Made by a program: the position numbers and the translations under genes. A DNA stretch of 64,000 nt from Takakia lepidozioides (lineage: Eukaryota > Plantae > Bryophyta), in NCBI GenBank assembly GCA_030704615.1, contig CM060733.1:41106001-41170000 (forward strand), in the 5' to 3' direction. Position 1 is the stretch's first letter, and each line of letters begins with the position of its first letter. The notes under the pieces are model-generated. The model made no database searches, had not been told where the DNA came from, and saw only the letters and a program-made list of their open reading frames with translations. Positions 38,474 through 51,927 of the stretch are shown piece by piece.

Positions 38474-41400
38474 TCAAATTTGGCCTGAAATTGACCATAG
38501 AACTCCTTCGACCAATTCCATCATAACTAGAAGGCGCATCCACTGTCGGACGTGAGCACTGCATTTGAAAGGAACAACAGCTGTTGGTCTATCACTGGAA
38601 ATTTCACTGTTAGATACAACATTAGAAACAGATATTGAACTAGAAGGGGGTGTAGGAGCCGCCTGAGCATGACCAGCTCGAACAGTAGTAGCATGTCCAA
38701 GAGTGCCAACAACCTGAGAAACATCTTTCACAATAGACGACTTAGAGATGATATGAGGCTCATGATTAGCCTCAATAGTCTGACATTCATCAAACCAATC
38801 TAAAGACCGACATGCTTCAAATTTCTCCTCTCGAAATTTCGCAATCTTCTCTGAATGTACAGAAGAATCATCAATCATCATACCCGGGATCTTGTCTTTC
38901 CTCCTATCTATTCTTGTTGGAAGAGCTTGCTTCATTGGCTCACAAGGACAAATATGAGGAGAAGAGGAAATAGTCTCTGGAGTAAGACCTCTCAATGGCT
39001 GATGAACATAAGAAGCAGGTGTAAAAGAAAGTGATCCACCAATCTTAGGTTGGTGGAAAGCTACTTGGATTCAACTGAGAAGCTGATCCACCAAACTGAG
39101 GTTGCAACTGAGATGGAGAACTACATTCCAGATTCAACTGAGATGGTGATCTATAACCAATCTGAGGTCGACATGGATTAAACTGAGAGGGCCCACCAAT
39201 TATCTGAGGAGGTCGAGGATTAAACTGAGTGGGTCCACCAATCTGAGGTGGAATTGAACTAGGTCTAACATGACCAGTAGGCCTACTCGATTGCACAAGT
39301 GGAGGATGAGGAAGATAAGGACGAATGTTTCCATATGAATTGCCAGACCTAGATCCAAACTGAGCTGGACGTCCACTCAACATGCGGAGCTACAAACTAA
39401 TTTGGACGTTGAGGATACTGGGAAACAGAAATTGCAGCTGCCTGAATTAGAGGGTATGGAACTTGACTTACAGGTGGCTGAAACAGAGGGTGTGAAGCCT
39501 GGAATAAAGGTTGAGAAGCCTGAAATGACAACAGGGAATTGGAACAGTGGTTTGCTTCTTGAACTACTCCATTGCTAGTTTGCGATTTCCCAATATTTGA
39601 TAATGGAGGTCTTATTTGATCAGCGTGCCATTCGGGCATGGTTGCTTCCAATTGGTCTTGATAACCATCAGTATTCTCATCACAGGGTTGTCTGAGAACC
39701 TGTTGTGCAGCCTTAGCTTTCAAACCTTTGATGCGATTGTACCTGTCCAGGGTTTTAATATTCCTATGGCCTGTAAGCAAAGCCATGATCTCGGGTGATG
39801 TATTATTCGCAGCCATTCTCGTGATACTCGTTACTCTTCCTGACCTATTAGTAATGTCACGTTGTATACCACAATTCCTGGCCGTACGCATCCATTTTCT
39901 CATGAAACCCTCTCTACATTTCACTTTTTCTTTGAACCATACAACATCTTTCGTGTTGTGCTTGATAGACAAGAACAAATGCAGACTATTGCAATCAGGA
40001 GGCATGTGAGACATCAAATGCTGCCAAGTAGAGATCACATCAGGGTCATAAGATATTACAGCGGGACGAAAATGCTCATCCTGAAACCAGAAGAGGGACA
40101 CCTTATAATTTTTTGATAGTCGCTCATTGTACCTGCCAAAAAACGATGTGTATTAAACATCTGCGAGTAGTGAGACTAGAAAGCATGCAAGAAGTGCGAA
40201 GCATCAGCAACCACAATTTTGAAAAAGAACCTACCTCAAGCATGGTCTCTGCTTATCGTCAATCTCAAGACTAAAATCGCTGACAAGAAGATTGTACATC
40301 TCGACGTTACCACGAATCAAGAACACCACGGAACAGTAATAAATGAACCGCATTTGGCATCCTATAGCAGTATCAGCTTGATATTTCAGATGATTAAGAA
40401 TCTGCAATTCTTCCTCCTAGGTTATTCCATCAACTTTTTTTCACCCCTTGTTAGCTCCAGCATCCCGAGCTCTCTTCATTGCTTCCACAAGTGACCAATT
40501 GGTCTGCATAAAGTAGGGATGATCTTTCATATTAAATTTTGGCTCAGGAACTTTCGTCCTAATCATCCGCTTCTCGGGAGCTGCTTTCAGAAGCTCGTTG
40601 AAAGAGTCGTACATATTCATGATGCTTGCAGTAGGATAGCGATCTCCATTGCCCTTGCATAGCATGTAAAAAAAATGACCAAGAAGATTGGCACATTCTT
40701 GAAGCTCTAAATCCTCAAACTTGGTTAAGGTACCCTGATTAGATTATGACCTCCACTGGTTAAACTTGTTCATCGCCCACTTCTCATTCTTCGCACTAGG
40801 CCGTTTTAGGTCATTAACGACCTTCTAATAGTCTGCCTCATCAATAGGCAAAAATTGGACACCCGCAACTGGTCCACGGGGTACTTCGGCCTCAGCATCA
40901 TTCGGAGGAGAAGTTTCATGAAAGAACTCTCCAACAACAGATAGTGAAGCTCCATTAATTACAATAGACTCAGGGACGTCCTTAACGTCGAGAGGAGGAA
41001 ATAACTGCTCTTCATCAGAAGACTCTCCATCAGATTCTTCTGCTTCAGGTGTGACTGCAATGACAATAGAAGAAATTGGTGTGACTGCGGGGACCAGGGA
41101 ACTCGAAACAATGGATGATTCAATGGTTGACGGATTTCCCACGGATTTCCCTCAGTTCCAGTAGTAGAAATTGAAGCGTGCTCAACAAAAACAATCTCAG
41201 GATCACCAAAAAATGGAGAAGTATCAATCGGTGTAGAATGAGAGGCTCTCTTCCAATCCACAACTACATTCAACTGGCCTTGATGGATCGCCAACACACA
41301 GTATACGCTTAGTACGTTCCTTCTTTTGAGGACGTTGAGTAAAATCTTGTTGAGTAAAATCTCATCTCTAGTTGAGTAAAATCTTGCGTTCCACAATGCA

Positions 41401-41545
41401 AGTCAAAAGATGGCAGATCTGCTTCAGTCACCACCGGTTGCATTCCACAATGCAAATCAAAACATGGCAACTCTGTTTCAGTCGAGCTCTTAGAAACCTG
41501 CGTATCTAACCCACGACAACTCGGATTCCTACCGTGACCTCTCAT
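38474..41545 (-). mobile_element. Crypton-like (DUF3504-type) tyrosine recombinase pseudogene with an intron
   Basis: KGNGDRYPTASIMNM, IT*EEELQIL...FIYYCSVVFLIRGNVEMYNL (Arg I), ERLSKNYK (Lys) and TNRSGR...TGHRNIKTLDRY (xxxR, GH, Tyr). An in-frame GT-AG intron lies at 40133-40234. Stops and frameshifts present; P/Q/G-rich C-terminal tail. Confidence 0.8.
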
Positions 41546-42504
41546 AGCAGAATGCTAAAAATCTATTCACTACAACAGATTTTCCAGTCGTATCAGTCTT
41601 TTATGACTGCACGACTACCCAGTCAGATAAACCCAGTCAGTTGTGACAAATGAGTCGTAAGCGCCATTGAGTCGTATCTGCCAGTCGTGGAGCTCACTGT
41701 TGACGTGGCAACGGGGACGCCTAATCATAGTCATTGATAAGACCATAGTAAATGACTGTGAACCCATGTCAGCCTCACGTGGAACGGAAGGGATATGCCA
41801 CGTGTCACGTCAAAGGGAGGGCGACAGGGTCTTTACGACTGGCATATATGACTTCCGCAGATTAACCCCAGGACAACACGTGGAGAAGACTGGACATGAC
41901 ACGTGGAATCAAATTATACACGATGGGGGTGGTCGTAATGACTGGAGCATATGACTTCCATGGCGCACTCTAGATATTGCACGTGGCACGAGTATGGGTG
42001 AACACGAGTGGTGAAAGTAGCATGTGGCCGAGGCTCTGTGGATGGGAGGTAGTCGTGTACATGACCGTAGTCATGGGCCTAACTCTAGTAGCATTGAAAC
42101 ATGAAAGCACCATTGAAAGCACACGAAAACACCTTTGAAACATGAAATGACATTTGAAATTGGAACATCGATTCAAATACAACGTGACTTAATGTTCAAA
42201 GATCTATTCCATAATCTAATCCGGTGTTGCTACAAAAATGCAAAAAGCTGCAAAGTCTATGTAGACTTCCAAATGCCTGAGCAGAAGATGCATACACTGA
42301 CATCTTTCGAACTTCAGCAATCCACTACCTTCATTAGCAGTGCCTGATTTTAGCAATTGTGCCGCTGCTGCTGCGGCTTCCAGTTGACCATCTACCCATG
42401 CAGGTTTCTTCCAGCTATCCTTCCACAATGAATCATATGTAATCTGGAGCTTGAAAATCCGGCCCTCTTGGATGAATCTGCACCCACACTCTATCCCTCC
42501 TCCT

Positions 42505-43320
42505 TCAGCTATCCATGCCCACGAGGGTATTGTTTAGAATCACATCTGGTACAATTCCAGCTTTGGTGATGCAACCATGTACCTCTTTGCATGTGCTTTC
42601 CAGGGCTGCCAGGCTTGCACACACACTGCAAACGCACACAAACATGATGTGGTCGAGCTTCACCCCTTCCCCCATCATTTGCTTTCAGGTCTCCAAAGCC
42701 CCATCCCGCGCTCCTACTCTGCACGCCCTCACCACAAGTGCATATTTCAGAATGACATCAATTCAATTCCAGCTTGGACAATGTCACCACAAACCCCATC
42801 TTCACTCAGTGCCTACTCTAGTTAAGTGCAATTATGGGCTAGGCTGATACCACATCCCATTCAGCCATATTATCAAAATGCATGCCATTTGTATCCTTGT
42901 AGTTGTACCCAAACTTGGCATACATGTCCACTACGGCAACATTCAGAATCACATCAGATACAATACCAGCTTTGACGATATTACCGTGGACCTCTGCACC
43001 ATTTTTCAGGGCTGCCAAGCTTGCATTTGACATACATATCCACCAAGGCAGTGTTTAGAGACATCTAGTGGTACAATTCCAGCTTTGACAATGTCACCAT
43101 GGACCTTTGCTCTTTCCAAGGCTACTAGGCTCGCATTTGACATACATGTACACCAAGGGAATGTTCATAATGACATCAGGTACAATTCCAGCTTTGATGA
43201 TGTCACCATGAACCTCTTGGCCCCTTCCCAGGGCTTCTAGGCTCGCATATGCATATTACAAACACAAATGAACATGACCCGGTCTGGCTTCATCTTTTCC
43301 CACATCATTTGCTCTTAGGT
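42505..43320 (-). pseudogene. PLS-PPR fragments inside the CACTA element
   Basis: ASLAALKNGAEVHGNIVKAGIVSDVILNVAVVDMYAKFG and shortened tandem variants. Confidence 0.85.
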
Positions 43321-43324
43321 TTCC

Positions 43325-46300
43325 TATCAACACTCTATCTTTATTTCAACAAAAGCACCAGTTTTGTCCAACCAGTTCTCAATTTCTATACCTTGAAGCC
43401 ACGTACAGTTGATCTCATTCCAAAAGCTCAAAGGAAGGAGCTGTCCACTTGATTATCTCAACAGGGAAAATCAACGCACTCCTCCGTTCACTTTCATAGG
43501 GATTCCAGTCAGTTCAAAGCTCAGTATAAACCTGACTAGAACTCTATTCACAGCTTGTACACACTCTAGGTAGGGAAGGTATTACTTCTTATTTCACTCA
43601 GCAAGAAACCCTACAGCTCCTCTCTACCTTATCTATTCCTGACAGCACAGTACCGGATTACTCCTCCAGTCCACCCAACCACCACATTCTCATCTCTTCT
43701 ATGCACATATCACACATCATTTTCAGATCTCAGACCCTCTCTTCCATTATCTGTCCTTCTCCTCAATTCAGGCCTGCTCCATCAGCCCGCGCTAGTACCA
43801 TTCCTTCTCCTGTCGCATACTGCCTCATTTTCTTCACAAATCCCTAGATTCTTGAAACCACCAACTTGCCCAATTCTTGTCACCTGTAGGTGTCCGTAAA
43901 GATCAGCCCCACAGGTTCAGCGGTTACGTTCTTTTCTGATGGGCTGGTCCGCTTTTCCAGTTCGGGCTCCATAGGCACCTAACAAGCTCCCCCTCCCAAA
44001 GGCAGGTCATTGTCCTCAATGACAGAAAATGAGGGGTAATTCAATGTTAGTTCATTCTTTTTTTCCCAAGTAGCCTCTATCTCTGGGTAATGCAACCACT
44101 TAATTAAGTGTTCTTTCCAAGAACGGTTTCGTAGGTACTTCACTCGCGTTTCTAGAATCTTTTCGGGTTCAGCCATCAGCTGACCATCATTCATAGCTTG
44201 AGGCAACGTCGGCAAGATGTGCGATGGGTCTGACATATACTCCCGGAGAAGGCTGACATGGAAAGTTTTATGAATCTTCCATGTTGGAGGCAGATCTAAC
44301 TCATAGGCCACTGTGCCATGGCGTTTTAGAACCTTGAATGGGCCACAAAACCTTGGTGATAGCTTGTAACACTTGCCAAGTGTTAGATTGCTTCTCTTAG
44401 GTGTAACCTTTAAGTACACCATATCATCAACAACAAATTCACGAAAAGTCATGTGCTTGTCAGCAAAGAACTTGGCCCGTTCTTGTGCAGCCTGCATACT
44501 ACGCTTCACCAGATCTAGGACAGAGTGGATCTCTCTGATTTTGTCATTTACACTCTGCACATTTGATGGTGGTGCAATAAGCGAAGCTGGAGCTAAGCAA
44601 TCTCATCCATATAAAGCTTCAAACGGACTCATGCCAATGGCACTATGGAAATGCTTGTTATAGGCAAATTCCACTAAGTATAGAAACTGTTCCTAAGAGG
44701 ATTGTCTCTCACCAACGTACATTCTCAACATATCCTCAATTGTACGGTTGGTTCTTTCTGTCTGAGCATCTGTTTCTGGGTGAAAGGCTGTACTTAGTCT
44801 CACCTTGGTTCCCAATTTCTTGAACAAGTCAGTCCAAAATTGACTTGTAAACTTTGAATCCCTGTCGCAAATAATCTCACGAGGCAGACCATGAATCCTG
44901 AATATCTCTTTCATGTACATGGATGCAACATCCGATGTTGTAGCACTCATCCTTGTAGGTATCAAATGGGCTATCTTAGACAGCCTATCTACAACCACCA
45001 TGATACTGTCATGGCCATTTCTGATCCTAGGTAATGCCATAATGAAATCCATGCTAATGGATTCCCAATTCCATCCAGGAACATATAATGGTTGTAGTAA
45101 TCCAAGAGGTCTGACTCTCTCTGACTTCAGCACCTGACAAGAGAAACATTTCTGTACATATTCTCTGATTTCTCTTTTCATACCCGGCCAAAATTAGTGC
45201 TTCCGTATTGACTAGTAGGTCCTCTGAAAGCCCGGGTGTCCGGAGATTGGAACATTATGACTATCATGAATGATCCACAATCTCAGGTCCGGGATCATGG
45301 GAACACACAGCCGACCATTATAGAATAACATTTCATCTCTCAAGAGGTACGGCCGATATTTCTCCTTCTCAACGGAAGTCCTCTGGTCACAAGACAAACT
45401 CTTAAATGGTTCTTTGAAGAATCCATCAATTTCATACCGATCTTTAATGTCCTGGAATATAGTGCTACTGATGCACGAGACAACATTAGCTTGTAATGGT
45501 CTCCTAGAAAGTGCATCCGCAATCACATTCTCTCTTCCCTTGACATACTTCAGGTCATAATGAAACTGTTGAAGCAATTCTGACCACCTAATCTGTCTCT
45601 AGCTCAAATGAGGCTGCGTGGTCAAGTACTTCAAACTCTGATGGTCAGTTTCTATTACAAAATCAACTGGAAGCAGATAATGCCTCCATATCTTTAAGGC
45701 ATGAACTATTGCCAACAGTTCCTTCTCATGAGTTGGGTAATTCTTCTCTGCTGAACTGACCTTTCGATATTCATATGCAATTACATGCCCATCTTGCATC
45801 AACACAGCCCTGATAGCAAGATCACTTGCATTCTCTTGTCCAGACATCTCTCAAACTTACAGGACTTGAGTCCTTAAGTAAGTCAGTCAACGGAGCTGCA
45901 ATCTGTGAAAAAGACTTGACAAACTTCTGCAGGAAGCTGGCAAATCCAATAAAGCTCCTGACCTCTGTCTTATCACTTGGCTTAGGCCACTCAGCCACTG
46001 TCTGGACTTTCTTGGGATCAATCGAGATTCCATCTTTAGAGATGCAAAATCCCAAGTAATCCATGTGGTCCACAAAGAACTCACACTTGCTTCTCGTAGC
46101 AAACAAATGGTTCTCTCTCAGTATATCTAAGACCACACGTAAATGCAGTTCGTGCTCTTCTTTGGTCTTCGAGTATATCAGTATGTCATCCATGTAGACC
46201 AAGACCATCTTTCCTAAATACTTTTGAAACAGGGAATTCATTAGATGCGTGAAGGTTGTTGGAGAATTCTTGAGCCCAAATGGCATCACCAAGAATTCGT

Positions 46301-49131
46301 AATGACCAAAGCGGGATCAAAATCCGGTCTTCGGTATGTCAGAATCCTTGATTCGTATCTGGTGATATCCAGATCGGAGATCAAGCTTTGAAAAAACTTG
46401 ACTCCCATACAGATGGTCAAACAAATCGTCTACACGAGGCAGAGGAAACTTATTCTTGATGGTGAACTTGTTCAACCACCTATAATCAACACACAACCTC
46501 AGACTCCCATCTTTCTTTTTCTTGAACATCACTGGAGCACCCCAAGGTGATTTACTTGGGCGAATGTACCCTTTCTCAAGCAAATCATTCAATTGTCTTT
46601 CTAATTCCTCATTCTCTGCGATTGAAAGTTTGTATGGCGCCTTTGCAACCGGTACAACATCCGTCATTAGTTCAATAGCATGATCAACCTCTCGCTCAGG
46701 GGGCATTCCAGGAAGTTCATCAAGAAACACATCAACATATTCATGCAGCAGTATATCAAGTCTAGGATGTGAATTTTTCACACACTCTATTCCTGATGGT
46801 TCATGCACGCTAACAGCAAAAAGCTGCGCGTCCCCTTTACGAATGTACCTCTTTATCTGCAAGGCTGACAAGATTGGGACATTTGGAAGGGCCCTGGTAC
46901 CTTTAAGATCAAATGTCACTCCAGTTGGCAAAGTCCCACTGACCGTTCCGAGCTTGCAGGCCACCACCGCATCCACTGGATCTAGCCACTGCATCCCGAG
47001 GATGCAGTCGTAGCGAGCTCCATCCCAAACCTCGAAATCTGTTGTCATTTGTACACCTTGCAGGATCATTGGCACGTCTAACAGATGTCTATGCGTAACC
47101 TCCACACCGCCATTAGGTAGCAGAATGTGGGAAGGCTGCACATCTTCTTGAGCCAGGTTCAGGTTGTCCGCAAAGTTCTTGGACAACAAATTGTGAGTGC
47201 TTCCAGTGTCTATCAACACCTGGGTGGCAAATCCAGCTATCTTGCCATAAACCCGAATGACATTAGGATTGTAGGCCACCTGATCCTCAACAACTGTTGT
47301 TGAAACCCGAATATGAGTTCCTTTTCTTCTCTCCTGACTTGGCCCTTCATCAGTCACTTCAGTTATGGTCGAAGGTTTGGCTGGTTTCTGAACTGTCACT
47401 ATGGCTGCCTGCCGAGCCTGACGCTTATGACATTCTCTAGCCCTGTGACCCCACTCATGGCAGATAAAACACAATCCTTTGCTCATATGCTCTCCCTGTT
47501 CCTTGGCACTGAGCCGTGCAGGGGCTTCTGCCTGCGATGGCCTTTGACTATTCGAGCCATCTTGCCTCTTGTTATAGGGCTTGAACCTTTTCCAGTTCCC
47601 CTTTTTCTTAGTTGGTTGCCAAGATGGCGCTGCAACTGGCTTCAGCCTGAGTCACAATCCTCTGTGCCTTGATTTCACTTTCAAAGTTACAAGCCAAGCG
47701 ATAGGCCTCTGCTTATGTTCGAGGATTGTGGGCCTTGACTTTATATTTAAGGGAATCATTCAGGCCATCCACAAAGAAATCAACCCTGTCTTCTTCACTC
47801 AGGGAAGGAAAGTAGCTTGCGTGGGTTTCAAATTTAGTTTTGAATTCACCAACACTCAAGGTCTCATGTTTCAACCTGAACAATTCCACTTTCATCTTGT
47901 GTGCATAGTCGCCAGGTAGGTAGTGGGCTAAGAACAGTGTCTTAAAGATAGGCCCAACTATCCACAGGTGGTTTCTTGTGTTCACGGCGTTCCTGTTTCT
48001 AGCGCGACCACCATAGCTTGGCGGCATCACGAAGCTGCAGAGCAGCTGTCTGTATCTTGGCTTCCTCTGAATAATCGTCCTCAAAGAACTCATCTAATGT
48101 ATCCAGGAAAGACAATATTTCCTTTGGCTTGACAGATGGCTTACCATAAAATTTTGGCAATTTCACCAATCTTTTGATTTCCCTAGTGACATCCTTGATT
48201 CTTTTCATCTTGGCCTCATGGAAATCAGCTTCAGATTCATCCTCATTCTGCGGCTCACTCACAGCTACCTCCCGAGATCGCTTTTCAGTCTGAGTTTGTG
48301 CAGGGGCCAATTTTCGCATCTCAGATCGAATTAAAGCGCCTAGGGCCTCCTTCTGCTGTTGGGAAAATAATTGACTCCCACGCTCACGATCTGAAGTTCG
48401 GTGTAGGATGGCTGCATCGGAGCGCTCATGCTCTCCTGCCATTACACTATCTTGCTCGTCGTCACAAGGGTGTGTGCTCACAGAGCCGAACGAGATCTGA
48501 CTCATTCACCTTACTTCTGGAAATTTCAAAATTCCACGATCTGCTCTCCCTGATCGCTGAACCGGGGCTCTGATACCACTTATCAACACTCTATCTTTAT
48601 TTCAACAAAAGCACCAGTTCTGTCCAACTAGTTCTCAATTTCTATACCCTGAAGCCACGTACAGTTGATCTGATTCCAAAAGCTCAAAGGAAGGAGTTGT
48701 CCACTTGATTATCTCAACAGGGAAAATCAACGCACTCCTCCATTCACTTTCATAGGGATTCCAGTCAGTTCAAGCTCAGTATAAACCTGACTAGAACTCT
48801 TTTCACAGTTTGTACACACTCTAGGTAGGGAAGGTATTACTTCTTATTTCACTCAACAAGAAACCCTACAGCTCCTCTCTACCTTATCTATTCCTGACAG
48901 CACAGTACCGGATTACTCCTCTGGTCCACCCAACCACCACATTCTCATCTCTTTTATGCACATATCACACATCATTTTCAGATCTCAGACCCTCTCTTCC
49001 ATTATCTGTCCTTCTCCTCAATTCAGGCCTGCTCCACCAGCCCACGCTAGTACCATTCCTTCTCCTGTCGCATACTGCCTCATCTTCTTCACAAATCCCT
49101 AGATTCTTGAAACCACCAGCTTGCCCAGTTC
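43325..49131 (-). mobile_element. Ty3/Gypsy chromovirus (gag-PR-RT-RH-INT-chromodomain), degenerate
   Basis: LTRs at 43325-43984 and 48581-49131 (plus the inverted piece at 49999-50102). tRNA-Met PBS TGGTATCAGAGC (48567-48578) and PPT at ~43985-44000. Motifs LIDTGS, LCVDYR, YMDD, YPTHEKELLAIV, SMDFI, GPF and the chromodomain LIKWLHYPEIEATWE. TSD GGAAA. Confidence 0.95.
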
Positions 49132-49789
49132 ACGGATAGAGTGTGGGTCCAGATTCATCCAATAGGGCAGGATATCAAGCACAAGATTACCTATGATTCC
49201 CAGTGGATCAGAGCTACAAGAAACCTGGGCACCTTCTTCTTCGACCTATTTCAGCTTGTTTTGCCCTCTCACCAGACTCGGCCCTGAGATGTATATTGAA
49301 TGATGTAAGTTAGCTCGTTGCTCGTTGATAAGTAGGGTTGGGGGTGTTTGGTGGAACAATTCTAGGTTGTCATTGTCAGCTGCTAGCAGGAAGGCAAAGA
49401 TGTATGCATGATTTTGTGCAAAGGCATAGATAGCTGAAGGAGCAGGGATAGAGTGTGTGTCCAGATTCATCCAAGAGGGTCGGATTTCAAGCTCCACATT
49501 ACCTATGATTCCCTGTGGAAGGATAGATACAAGAAACCTGCATGGATAGATGGTCAACTGGAAGCTGCAGCAACAGCGACACAATTGATAAAAATCAGGC
49601 ACTGCTAATGAAGGCACCTTCTTCAACACATTTCACCCTGTTTTCCCCTCTTATCAGAATCGGCCCTCAATTTTCATGTTGAATTCTGCAACTTAGCTGT
49701 TGAGTGAATCTAGTTGGGAGTGACTTTGACATGATACTGCCAATGTGACAAGGATATGCATTGAACTCATTGGTAGCGGGATATTGGGA

Positions 49790-49998
49790 TAACTCTTGGC
49801 CATGTGCCATCGTCAAAGCTGAAATTGTACTAGTTGTCATTCTAAACACTGCCCTGGTGGACATGTATGCCAAATGTGGGTGCAGCAAGCCTGATGCAAA
49901 GGGAGAGTTCGACAACATGGCTAAATGAGATGTGGTGTTGTGGAGTGCCATGATTGCAAGGTATGTGCAGCATGGGTGTGGGATTAAGGCTTTGGAAA
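49790..49998 (+). pseudogene. PPR fragment (within the inverted segment)
   Basis: ILNTALVDMYAKCG...DVVLWSAMIARYVQHGCGIKALE; continues the PPR at 43320 once the inversion is undone. Confidence 0.8.
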
Positions 49999-50102
49999 TG
50001 CTAGGTGCCTATGGAGCCCGGACTGGAACAGCGGACCAGCCCATCAGAAAAGAACGTAACCGCTGAACCTGCGGGGCTGATCTTTACGGACACCTGCAGG
50101 TG
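49999..50102 (+). repeat. Inverted 5'-terminal ~104 bp of the chromovirus 5' LTR
   Basis: Reverse complement of 43881-43984; preceded by the TSD GGAAA. Confidence 0.9.
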
Positions 50103-51519
50103 CTCCTTCAGCTATCATAGCCTCTGCACACATCACGCATACATCCTCGCCTTGCTTCGAATGGCTGACAATGACGGCCTAGATTTGTTCTAGCAAACAC
50201 CCCAACCCTACTCATAACACACTAGTTCCTATGTTGAATGGTGAGAGAAAACAGGGGCAAACAAAGCAAAATTCACACATTTGCACAAGGCATACGCTCC
50301 TGCACACCCACTCCGTACGCAAGGCCCTGTCCTCTCGCTTGGCTCATATGAGAGGCCTCGCGTCATGTCGAGCTGGAGCTGAAAGCGACATCCCCCTTGG
50401 CAATTCGCACAGGACGGAGTCCCTTGGATGTGGTGGCATTTCATTTCCCTACCTGAAGTTCATCAATATTTGAGTGGCCACTTCAAACCAGACAATCAAA
50501 GACAAGAGGTGAAAACTGAAAGCACTTGATCAACATATCTGCACATCCATATGATATTCATGTTTGTGAGTGCTTGTATCCAGTTTATGCTCAACAACAT
50601 CAACACAAGCATCCAAAAACTGAGTCATCCCACCTATAGCCAGACAACATTCACATGCCCACGTCATCCTATTGCAGTTTTGGCCATGACTCCTAGTCAT
50701 ATCTACCATCTTCCCATATCTGGTCAAACAAGTTTGACCGCAGATCCTGACGTGGCGGAGGTACAAGGTGGCATATATGACTTCTGGTGGTCACAATTGG
50801 CAACCAAGACTGCCCCCTTGCATTTTGTAGACATATATGCTACGACTGGGTAAATGTGGCAGACGTTAAAGCCGGGATCTGTTGTAGTGATTCCACTATC
50901 CCCGTAGTAATTCGATCACAGCGTAAGCGCAACAATTTGATCAACACATTCAATCAAAGTAGCAAACACACAGGGAGGTAGTAAAAAACCATCGACTATA
51001 CCAGGTTACAAAGAGGGGGCCGGTCATCTCGATTCCCAAAACAGCCAGTGATGTCACATAGCCGGTTCGAGGGAGCCATAGAACAGAGTTCATGCATTTA
51101 CAACCAGACACTCACATTCGACACCTTGTACACCAAAAGTACACCGAAACAACATATGTTCAAAGACCTTGAACCTCATATTACTTAAGGGTTACCCTGT
51201 ATGGCTCATAATGCCAATGGCCGTATATAACGGTATTGAGCCATGAAAAAGCAAGCAATGAATTCATGTCAGGGAGGATGAATACGGTCATAATGAGGCA
51301 AGGAGATCCTAAGCCTCCACAAGCTCAACAAGGATTTGTGCTGAACATCAGCTTATTTGCTTGTAAAAGATACTCCTGATACGTTTGTAAAAGATAGGAA
51401 ATGTACTCCTGATATTGTCGTGGCCTTGTGGCCATACAACCAGAGTCCAATTTGGACCGAACAAGGGAGGGAGAGATTGTACTCATAAGACGTCGTTTTG
51501 CCGAGGGAGAAGAGAGAGA

Positions 51520-51807
51520 TGTCATGGTTTTAGTCATGGTTATCTAGAATTACCTACTTCTAGTTAACTAGGATATTTTAGATATTTATATTTATATTTT
51601 GTGTGTTGGGACTTCATTTGGTCTCACATGCCAAGTGAGGTGTCGAGCCTCACTTGAGACATGGAGATAGGTTTTCCCCTTGTGAGTGTTGAGGAGGCTC
51701 ATCTTCTTGTAGTTGAGCCTCCATGAGCCTCTCCCACCTCCATAGCTCTAGGTATTGAGAGGGAGTGTGGTGAGGGCTTTGTAGGGTGGATTCCTTTAGC
51801 AAAGGTG
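51520..51807 (+). repeat. Truncated LTR (family B), interrupted by the element starting at 51808
   Basis: Starts TGTCATGG after a purine tract; near-identical to the reverse complement of ~60825-61113. Confidence 0.8.
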
Positions 51808-51927
51808 TGTTAGAGGACTGTCTGGGACTTAGGCACTTTTACGGGATCTGTGGGGTACCCTTAATTTTTGCACAGACTGAGACCAACAGGAGCCTTAGGG
51901 GTGACAGCAGCGCACTTTAGGGGGGGG

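Larger units (their letters stand above)
41568..50889. mobile_element. Non-autonomous CACTA element carrying PPR fragments
   Basis: Perfect 13-bp TIRs CACTACAACAGAT / ATCTGTTGTAGTG; 3-bp TSD ATT on both sides; AGTCGT/ACGACT subterminal repeats; no transposase ORF visible. Confidence 0.92.
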
